From Sulfurimonadaceae bacterium (GTDB lineage Bacteria; Campylobacterota; Campylobacteria; Campylobacterales; Sulfurimonadaceae): a stretch of DNA of 12,157 nt. Both the position numbers and the translations under genes were made by a program. Positions within the stretch are counted from its first letter, which is position 1. The number at the start of each line of letters is the position of its first letter. The stretch is from contig JBFEXS010000067.1 in the NCBI GenBank assembly GCA_041562555.1, positions 1 through 12,157 on the forward strand. Direction: 5' to 3'. This document shows positions 1 through 7,754 of this stretch, piece after piece. The notes under the pieces were generated by a model that worked only from the letters and a program-made list of their open reading frames with translations, was not told where the DNA came from and searched no databases.

Positions 1-465
<465 letters not shown>

Positions 466-504
466 TCATAACGATTATAATTTATCTGTTTTTACAATAG
501 TGTT

Positions 505-1467
505 TCATTTTGTAGCACTACGTATATTGGTCAAATGAGTAGAATAGTAACGCGTAAAATCATGGGTTCCCTTTTTATTCTTCATAAAATAGAGGTAATC
601 TGTTTTTGCAGGAAAGATAGCCGCTTTGATCGCACTGAACTCGACATTACATACCGGTAAAGGCGGTAAACCCTTATGCTTGTAGGTGTTATAGCGGCTC
701 TTATCCGTACGGATACGCTTTGGCGTTATTCTTTCATGGGAATACCTTCCATAATTCAGAGTACCATCCATCTGCAGCTTCATCCCTTTTTTCAAGCGGT
801 TATAGATCACTGAAGATACCAACGGCATCTCTTCTTTGTTGGCAGCTTCTTTTTGAATGACCGATGCGACCACAAGAAACTTCTCCCATTTTTTCTTATT
901 ATAGGTTCCGAATATCTTTTCTGCCCATGCCATATGACGTTGTGCCGATGACTTCAGAAGATGGATAGCCAGTGTTTTCTCCTCTATCCCGATAGGGACA
1001 TTATAGGTGTCAGGTACCAAGGCTCCTTCCGAATAGTGTCCATATTCATTGAAATATGCGTACAGCTTCATCGCATCCAGTCCAAGTTCTGCAGCCAGCT
1101 GTTGGGAAAACGCATAAGTCGTTTCACCCGGAATAAGTGTCAATTGTGTCAAAGCCGCTTTTGAATGGGTCAATTTATATAAAAAGTCCCCGTGGGTCAT
1201 TTTCTCCTCACCCATATATATCCATCCCTTTTGCGGGCTCCCCATCACTCGTAAAAAACTCTTGTCCAGGCTGGTCAAGGAGATCTTTTTCGCCTTTAAG
1301 TGTGTTATAATGGCACTAATTGAGCCAGAGGGTATAAAAAGTACTTTTGAAGTCTGAAGCGGTTGAGCAAGGTAGTAGATGAGCAGTAATGCACTTAATA
1401 AGATAATCTCAAAAATCCAATTCAGTATATACAGTCTTTTTGCTTTTATCATCTCTGGTATCATCAT
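505..1467 (-). CDS. mltG: Endolytic transglycosylase MltG (YceG family)
   Basis: N-terminal TM anchor, TLIPGET, EGALVPDTY, ASVIQKEA (catalytic Glu), VSSVIYNRLKKGMKLQMDGT, YNTYKHKGLPPLPVCN, YLYF motifs. Start may be ATG 1467, 1464 or 1452. Confidence 0.96.
   Translation of the reverse strand: MMIPEMIKAKRLYILNWIFEIILLSALLLIYYLAQPLQTSKVLFIPSGSISAIITHLKAKKISLTSLDKSFLRVMGSPQKGWIYMGEEKMTHGDFLYKLTHSKAALTQLTLIPGETTYAFSQQLAAELGLDAMKLYAYFNEYGHYSEGALVPDTYNVPIGIEEKTLAIHLLKSSAQRHMAWAEKIFGTYNKKKWEKFLVVASVIQKEAANKEEMPLVSSVIYNRLKKGMKLQMDGTLNYGRYSHERITPKRIRTDKSRYNTYKHKGLPPLPVCNVEFSAIKAAIFPAKTDYLYFMKNKKGTHDFTRYYSTHLTNIRSATK
1295..1311 (+). promoter_or_regulatory. Putative sigma70 promoter for the AsmA/YhdP-like gene, inside mltG
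   Basis: TTTAAG(1295-1300)-tg-TGtTATAAT(1303-1311): perfect extended -10, 67 nt before ATG 1379. Confidence 0.65.
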
Positions 1468-4400
1468 TCTCTATGCTCTTTTATCTTATGGTATCTCGAT
1501 TCCACGTCTGGCTATCTCTAATATTGAAGCCGAGCAATTATACATAAAACTCGATAAAAAGCTCATCCTCAATGCCAGAGAGATAAATGTTACAGAAAGT
1601 AACAATGATACAAAGTCTGCTTCACGTATAAACATACCATTTATCGCCCAAATAATAAATCTCTCCTTGCAGGCTTTTAAAGAAGTCCAAATCGACACAC
1701 TGAATGTCAAAGGGCACAAGGTTACTATTCGTTACACAGACACCCTGGATCCTTCGCTACAAAACCTCATCACAATCGATGGAGAGCACTTCAACGGCGC
1801 CCTGTCCTACAAATACCTTGATGATACACTTCTTATATCAGTAGATAGCCTTGTGCATACGCCAAGCGATATTAGGATCTCAGGAAAGTTACTCTATGAG
1901 TTCGATGTGCACCTGGGATATTCTCAACTCAGGTTCTCCCTCTCCAATTGTGCAGACATGGAAGTGTATCTTAAAGAAAATGGAGAAGAACTTGCTTTCT
2001 TTGCAGAATCCTTTCCCTTTGAGGACCTGGCACCGATCATTAAACTCTTTCCCCTTGAAAAGAGTATAACCCAATGGATTGTCCAGTATAACAATGCGGT
2101 TTCCCATCAACTTGTTGAAGCTAAGGGTATCCATAATTATAATGACATCAACGTTCTTCTTGACACTCTTTTTCTCCATGCCGTCGAGAAAGATGTGGAA
2201 TACACCTTCAACGAAGCACTCTCCCCCGTCAACAGCCCAAAAGTCGACGTCTACTTCAAGCACGGTATCCTGGACATACGTCCCCGCAATGCGACCTATC
2301 ATGATCATACCCTGGAATCAGGCAATGTGAAAATCGATTTTAACCATCAAGATATCATGCTTATCATTGATCTGCATACCAAGACAACACTGACCCAGGA
2401 TATTGTTGATATCCTGAAAGCCTATAAAATCTCTCTTCCCCTACTACAGGAAAATGGCTCAACCAATGCCCGGCTTCAAATCGTCGTGAACCTCGACAAT
2501 GAGGATGCCTATGCCGTCGGTCAGTTTTTTGTCAAGAAATCCGACCTGCTTTTTGGTAAAGGGAAATACCACATCAACAATGCTTCTGTTCGTCTGCACA
2601 AGAACCTTTTGAGTATTGATACCGCACGGGTGGCCTATAAGGACCTTTTTTTGGCTGATGTCAATGGAGAGATAGACCTTAAAGACTTGATCGGTGATTT
2701 TTATTTTGACACCTCAAAGGTCTCTTTGGAACTCAGTGATCAGAACCGTCTTGATCTTGCCAATAAACATACGAATGTACAAATGCATCTTTCTAAAGAC
2801 AAACACTCCTTTATCATTCCCCAGACCCACTGGCAGTTTAAGGACATCAACCTCAGTGTTCAGCCAAATGAAATCTTCTTGGATGAAAAGTTCTCGTCCA
2901 TCCTTAATTTTCAGAACCTTCAAGTATCACTCCAGGACATAGCCACCCTTTATGCTCATGGAAGCTATGATATCAACCAGGAAAAAGCGCTAGTCGATGC
3001 AAATATCACTCATTTTAATCTACTGAACGATGATGTTAATCTATCCGCAGCCACACTACCGATCAACTTCCATACTCTGTACGAGAACAATGTGACACAG
3101 ATCTCTGTGCTGTCTGAAAACACCTTCGTGTTCAATGAATACAATATTAGTCTGATGCCTACTGATTTCTATATCAACGAAGGCTTTCTGGATACAAACC
3201 GATCCCTTGTCCATATCAATGATATTTTACGCACAGAGCTGAAACTACACCATCTATTAGGTTCGGATGAGATTACGTTCAACCTCAAGGACACCTCGGT
3301 GTTCAAAGATGACATACTCCGTATCAGGCCTCCTTTCGATCTTAACTACAAAGCCAATGATCAACACCATATAACTATAGACAAGTATCAAGTCGATATA
3401 CGAAAAAACGGAGACGATATTATCGACCTCAAACTCAATGATCTCAAAAAACTGCGCCGTCACTCCAAGCTTATGAAGAAGTTCGATATTAAAAATGGAT
3501 ACGCCGTCCTGACCTTTCTTGATGACCGTGTCGGTTTGGACCTGACCCTTAAAAACTTTCACCCTCTCTTGTCTAAAAACGGCCATGAGGTAAAGACATA
3601 TACAATCAAAGGGGATTATAGTAACCAGACCGCCAACCTTCAGATCAACAAAGACATTGATCTTCTTTACCGTAAAAAAGGAAAGTTAACGGCAAAAAAC
3701 ATCGATTTCAACCTTTTCCCTATTATGAATTATCTCGAACGTGTTGATAATAATGCCAGTGATACAGACCTTGAGCTTATTGTAAAAACTAAAAACTGTA
3801 ATGTCTCTTTAGGAAGATCGGGAAGAAAGATCCTTTCTGATACGATTGATGTACAGATTCTAAATGATCATATCCAAGCACAATTGGTGCATGGTACAGG
3901 TGGTGTTCTCTTTGAAAGCCGTGATCAAAACCTCTCTGTATTTGGACGCGGACTCAATGATGCCTTTATGAACGAACTGTTCAAGTTTTCAACCTTCAAA
4001 GGAGGAAAGCTCTCCTTTGTTATGCAAGGGCCTTATGATGACATGAAAGGTCTTATCCGTATTGATGACACCATCATTAAGGACTATACCGTCATCAACA
4101 ATACCCTGGCATTCTTCAATACGATCCCCTCTTTATTGACCTTCTCCGTTCCGGGCTATTCAAAAGATGGACTTGAAGTGGATGAGATGTATGGAAGCTT
4201 CGAAAAACATGGAGATCATATGAGGATCAAGGATACCATGATCAAATCCAAGGAGCTTACGATCACCGCAGAGGGAGAGTCTGACTTTAAGAAAGAGACT
4301 ATTGATGTGTTGATGCAGGTCAAGACCGATTTAGGAAGTTCTGCAAAAAACATACCTATCATCGGATATATAATCTTTGGAGATGACAGTGTCTCAACGA

Positions 4401-4555
4401 CCGTACGCGTCCATGGTGACCTGAGTGACCCGAAAGTAGAGAGTTCCGTGGCCAAAAGTATTATGGCCGCTCCTTACAATATCATCAAACGTACGATCAG
4501 CCTGCCACTGCTTCCTTTCCTTGATAAAGACGATGACAATATAAGTACGAAGTAA
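1379..4555 (+). CDS. AsmA-like/YhdP-type (DUF3971 + AsmA_2 C-terminus) envelope-spanning protein, putative lipid-transfer bridge
   Basis: 1058 aa; single N-terminal TM followed by QLYIKLDKKLIL; long beta-rich body; C-terminal KNIPIIGYIIFG...VHGDLSDPKV typical of AsmA_2; next to mltG as in Campylobacterales; AAGG upstream of ATG 1379. Confidence 0.85.
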   Translation: MSSNALNKIISKIQFSIYSLFAFIISGIIILYALLSYGISIPRLAISNIEAEQLYIKLDKKLILNAREINVTESNNDTKSASRINIPFIAQIINLSLQAFKEVQIDTLNVKGHKVTIRYTDTLDPSLQNLITIDGEHFNGALSYKYLDDTLLISVDSLVHTPSDIRISGKLLYEFDVHLGYSQLRFSLSNCADMEVYLKENGEELAFFAESFPFEDLAPIIKLFPLEKSITQWIVQYNNAVSHQLVEAKGIHNYNDINVLLDTLFLHAVEKDVEYTFNEALSPVNSPKVDVYFKHGILDIRPRNATYHDHTLESGNVKIDFNHQDIMLIIDLHTKTTLTQDIVDILKAYKISLPLLQENGSTNARLQIVVNLDNEDAYAVGQFFVKKSDLLFGKGKYHINNASVRLHKNLLSIDTARVAYKDLFLADVNGEIDLKDLIGDFYFDTSKVSLELSDQNRLDLANKHTNVQMHLSKDKHSFIIPQTHWQFKDINLSVQPNEIFLDEKFSSILNFQNLQVSLQDIATLYAHGSYDINQEKALVDANITHFNLLNDDVNLSAATLPINFHTLYENNVTQISVLSENTFVFNEYNISLMPTDFYINEGFLDTNRSLVHINDILRTELKLHHLLGSDEITFNLKDTSVFKDDILRIRPPFDLNYKANDQHHITIDKYQVDIRKNGDDIIDLKLNDLKKLRRHSKLMKKFDIKNGYAVLTFLDDRVGLDLTLKNFHPLLSKNGHEVKTYTIKGDYSNQTANLQINKDIDLLYRKKGKLTAKNIDFNLFPIMNYLERVDNNASDTDLELIVKTKNCNVSLGRSGRKILSDTIDVQILNDHIQAQLVHGTGGVLFESRDQNLSVFGRGLNDAFMNELFKFSTFKGGKLSFVMQGPYDDMKGLIRIDDTIIKDYTVINNTLAFFNTIPSLLTFSVPGYSKDGLEVDEMYGSFEKHGDHMRIKDTMIKSKELTITAEGESDFKKETIDVLMQVKTDLGSSAKNIPIIGYIIFGDDSVSTTVRVHGDLSDPKVESSVAKSIMAAPYNIIKRTISLPLLPFLDKDDDNISTK
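1537..1542 (-). promoter_or_regulatory. Putative -10 box (TATAAT) for mltG, inside the AsmA/YhdP-like CDS
   Basis: Perfect TATAAT on the minus strand about 70 nt upstream of the mltG start, within the QLY codons of the + strand gene. Confidence 0.5.
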
Positions 4556-4567
4556 CTGATTTTTTTT

Positions 4568-4597
4568 AAACAATACTAGTATAGTTTTTTGTATACT
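4568..4597 (+). promoter_or_regulatory. Putative kinase promoter: 20-bp dyad (4568-4587) followed by -10 TATACT (4592-4597)
   Basis: AAACaATACTAGTATaGTTT has 9 of 10 pairs symmetric; TATACT 26 nt before ATG 4624; AAGGA RBS at 4613-4617. Confidence 0.5.
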
Positions 4598-4623
4598 TAA
4601 GACAAAGAGACAAAGGACTGCAG

Positions 4624-6192
4624 ATGGATATGGATTCAATATTGCCCTACACCAAAGATCTGGCAGTATTATATGTCGAAGACTCTATGACCGTTCGAAA
4701 GTTGATCCAAAAAAGACTTCTGAAAGCTTTTAGACATGTTGAAGTAGCGACTGACGGGGAAGAAGGGTTTGTCTTATATCGGGAATACTATGAAAGAAAT
4801 GATAGATATTTTGATCTTCTTATCACCGATCTTGAAATGCCAAACATGGATGGGTTGAAACTCTCGAAAATCGCCCTGGACTTTAATCCGAGTCAAGAGA
4901 TCATCGTCCTCTCAGCCAATACTGATTTCCATCGTATTATCGATCTTATCAATCTCGGAGTCCATAAGTTCATCTTAAAGCCCATTGAGGATGGACAGTT
5001 CTATCAGGTCATCCTGGATGTTGCTCAAAAGATCCGTCTTAAACGGCTCAAAGAAGAGGAACAAGAAGAGATAGAAGAGTATAACGCGATTTTAAAAGAA
5101 CGTGAATCCGTCTACCTCAAGACCCTTGAAGGTTTCAAAACTGCCTTGGATACCAGTGCCATCATCTCCAAAACGGATATCGACGGGACTATCACCTATG
5201 TCAATGACAAGTTTTGCAAGATAAGCGGTTATAGCAAAGAAGAGCTCATTGGTGTGAACCATCGCATTGTCAATAGTCAAAACATGAAACAATCCTTTTA
5301 TGACAAGATGTGGAAAACAATCTTGGATAAGAAAAGTTTCAAAGCACTCTTTGAGAACAGGACGAAGGATGGCAACCTCTACTACCTTCAATCCGTCATC
5401 AATCCCATCTTAAACCCCGAGATGGAGATCGTTGAGTTCATTGCTATCTCCTTTGATATGACCAAGCTTGTCTCATCTATGAAGAACCTCAAAAATGCAG
5501 AAAAGTCCAAAGAAGAGTTCTTTATCAATATTTCCCATGAGATGCGTACGCCATTAAATGCCATCATGGGATTTGCCTCAATTTTAAAGAAGCATCTCAA
5601 AGAAGATCCGGCCAATCTACAGATCATCAATACTATTCAGGAGAGCGGAAGTGATCTGCAGCATCTTATAGAGTCGATTCTTGATCTCAATAAACTCAAA
5701 GAGAACAAGCTTACCTTGGATATACAGCCTTTTGATCCCCTTGAGGTTTTTACCAAAGAGAGTCAGTACTGCTTGCAAAAAGCGCTTAAAAAAGAGCAGA
5801 TATATACTGCCACTATTGATCCTTCCCTGCCTGCAAGTCTGATGGGGGACTCTCTGCGTATAACACAGATCCTTCGTATTCTCTTGGACAACGCGGTCAA
5901 GTTTACGCCGGATAAAGGAAGGATATCCTTGGATATACATTATGACGAGGGTGATCAAAGACTTCATTGCACAATCAAAGACAACGGCATCGGGATTGCC
6001 AAAGAACACCAGGCTTCTATCTTTACCTTTGCACAAATAGACGGTTCCTTCACCCGTTCCCATGAGGGCACCGGCATCGGACTGCGTATCGCCTCCGCGC
6101 TCTTATTATTGATGAAAGGGGATATCGATTTACAGAGCCAACCGGGGAAAGGTGCCTGCTTCACAATCCAGATACCGCTTAAGCAAACCTAG
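4624..6192 (+). CDS. Soluble hybrid sensor histidine kinase, REC-PAS-HisKA-HATPase_c
   Basis: REC: LYVEDS, LLITDLEMPNMDG (D69), LSA, KP. PAS: SKTDIDGTITYVNDKFCKISGYSKEELIG...NRTKDG. H-box SHEMRTPLNAIMG (H305), N-box DNAVKFT, G1 DNGIGI, G2 GTGIGL. No TM segment. Confidence 0.95.
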   Translation: MDMDSILPYTKDLAVLYVEDSMTVRKLIQKRLLKAFRHVEVATDGEEGFVLYREYYERNDRYFDLLITDLEMPNMDGLKLSKIALDFNPSQEIIVLSANTDFHRIIDLINLGVHKFILKPIEDGQFYQVILDVAQKIRLKRLKEEEQEEIEEYNAILKERESVYLKTLEGFKTALDTSAIISKTDIDGTITYVNDKFCKISGYSKEELIGVNHRIVNSQNMKQSFYDKMWKTILDKKSFKALFENRTKDGNLYYLQSVINPILNPEMEIVEFIAISFDMTKLVSSMKNLKNAEKSKEEFFINISHEMRTPLNAIMGFASILKKHLKEDPANLQIINTIQESGSDLQHLIESILDLNKLKENKLTLDIQPFDPLEVFTKESQYCLQKALKKEQIYTATIDPSLPASLMGDSLRITQILRILLDNAVKFTPDKGRISLDIHYDEGDQRLHCTIKDNGIGIAKEHQASIFTFAQIDGSFTRSHEGTGIGLRIASALLLLMKGDIDLQSQPGKGACFTIQIPLKQT

Positions 6193-6252
6193 GCTCTTAC
6201 TTGCATCATAATGTGGGAATAAAGTTCGTTTAAACAGTCGACTTTTCGAACG

Positions 6253-6546
6253 TCATGCTTCTTCAACACTGCATCGCATAGGGTAGCCCTCTTTTCGTGC
6301 CTGCTGTCGTACGATACTCGCCTTTGTCTCGGCTAATTCAAAGGTATACACACCACACAATCCCTTGCCTTTTGTGTGGATATCATGGGTGATTCTGTCA
6401 GCTTCTTCCAGTGTTTTATGAAAGACACCACTGATAATCCGAAGACAAAACTCCCAACTCGTATAATCATCATTGAGCATATAGACCTTATAGAGTTTGG
6501 GTTTGTCCAGTCTGCTCTGTAAAAAACTCTGTGTCTTAAGAGACAA
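6253..6546 (-). CDS. clpS: ATP-dependent Clp protease adaptor ClpS, divergent (97 aa from TTG 6546)
   Basis: PKLYKVYMLNDDYT..EF, IHTKGKGLCGVYTFELAETK, YPMRCSVEE. TTG at 6546 lies 5 nt after the lolF stop and gives a normal length. The track's 6612 start overlaps lolF by 61 nt and adds a segment unlike ClpS. Confidence 0.93.
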   Translation of the reverse strand: MSLKTQSFLQSRLDKPKLYKVYMLNDDYTSWEFCLRIISGVFHKTLEEADRITHDIHTKGKGLCGVYTFELAETKASIVRQQARKEGYPMRCSVEEA

Positions 6547-6570
6547 GGTATCTACTCGTTTCTTAAGACA
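6532..6570 (-). repeat. Perfect 10-bp inverted repeat, extendable to a 15-bp mRNA hairpin, at the lolF stop/clpS start
   Basis: TGTCTTAAGA (6532-6541) and TCTTAAGACA (6561-6570); the inner ACGAG/CUUGU also pairs on the minus-strand RNA. Confidence 0.8.
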
Positions 6571-7754
6571 TTGAGCACATCGACCTGCGCTGCTTTTTTG
6601 GCCGGATACCATGCCGAGAGTACGACAATGACAAAGGCTCCGATGATGATGGAGAAGAAATCGACAACTGAGAGTTCCAAAGGAAGTCTGGATGTCCCAT
6701 AAACCTCCTCCGGAATCGATATAAGATCAAAACTTGAGAGTATCCATAGACCGCTGAGTCCCAGGATCGTTCCCGCAAAGATGCCCGCCAATCCGATGAT
6801 GATCCCCAAACGCATGAAGATCTTCTTTACCTCTTCTTCTGATGCCCCCAGTGAGATAAACAGTGCTATCTCACTACGGCGATTCATCACCGTCATCAAT
6901 AAGGAGGAAATGATATTGACTGCTGCGATCAAGATGATGAGCATAAGTACGATAAAAAGTGCATGCTTCTCCAGCTCAAGTGCCGCAAAAAAGGAGATAT
7001 TGTCTTCCCACCACCCTTTGACACGTACACCTGAAGGTAAAACTGCTTGCAGCCGCTCGATATCTTTATGCGGATTACCTGAGAAGATATGGACACCATC
7101 ATACTGATCTTTCGGGATATTCAGAATGACCTGCATCGCAGCAAGGGATGTATAATGATACGCCTTGTCATAGGCAGAGAGTCCTGAGTCGAAAGAACCA
7201 TTGATCTTGAAACGCTTGATCGTCGGTGTAAGCGTGAGTCCACCCGGTTCTGCTTGAGTAAAGATATACATCAAACGTTCCTGATCATTCAAATAGAGTT
7301 CATTGAACAGTGTCTTTCCGACAATGACATCAAACTTTTTGTATTCTCTTCCATCTATCGCCTTGGCCAACACCTTGTTAGCTTTTGCCTCTTCATGCAT
7401 ATCAACGCCAAAAAGATAGCCACCTTCCATACTCTGCCCCCTACGCACGATAACAGGAGAAGCGATATAAGGGCTGAAAGCAAGTTCTGGGAACTGTTCG
7501 CGCAGTTCAGTGATAAGTTCTTTGTTTACCGAACCGTAAAACTTGGGCAAGATTGTAAGGGGATAGTTCATGACCGTAAGTTTTTTTCTGAACTCGGCAT
7601 CAAAACCGTTCATCAAGGACATAGCAATGATCAATACCATTACTCCCAAAAGAATTCCGATAAAAGCCAATAATGCGGATAGGAAGATAAAGGGCTGGTC
7701 CTGGTCAAAACGCAGATAGCGTTTGACCATGAACTTTACGAGGGTGTTATTCAC
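6552..7754 (-). CDS. lolE: Lipoprotein-releasing ABC transporter permease, LolC/E family (LolF type)
   Basis: [20 protein letters not shown], periplasmic domain, [21 protein letters not shown]...[13 protein letters not shown]...LRNE. GTG start overlaps the secA stop (GTGA). Same lolA-secA-lolF order as Helicobacter/Campylobacter. Confidence 0.92.
   Translation of the reverse strand: MNNTLVKFMVKRYLRFDQDQPFIFLSALLAFIGILLGVMVLIIAMSLMNGFDAEFRKKLTVMNYPLTILPKFYGSVNKELITELREQFPELAFSPYIASPVIVRRGQSMEGGYLFGVDMHEEAKANKVLAKAIDGREYKKFDVIVGKTLFNELYLNDQERLMYIFTQAEPGGLTLTPTIKRFKINGSFDSGLSAYDKAYHYTSLAAMQVILNIPKDQYDGVHIFSGNPHKDIERLQAVLPSGVRVKGWWEDNISFFAALELEKHALFIVLMLIILIAAVNIISSLLMTVMNRRSEIALFISLGASEEEVKKIFMRLGIIIGLAGIFAGTILGLSGLWILSSFDLISIPEEVYGTSRLPLELSVVDFFSIIIGAFVIVVLSAWYPAKKAAQVDVLNVLRNE

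Noticed and set aside
4596..6570. 9-bp direct repeat CTTAAGACA (4596-4604 and 6562-6570) flanking kinase plus clpS, resembling a target-site duplication
   Set aside because: No transposase, integrase or terminal repeats; one copy lies within an intact lolF C-terminus; a 9-mer AT-rich match is compatible with chance. An empty-site allele in a relative would revive the idea.
6547..6612. N-terminal extension of ClpS ([15 protein letters not shown]...)
   Set aside because: Lies mostly in the conserved lolF 3' end; TTG 6546 gives a typical ClpS length; the CxxC is incidental.
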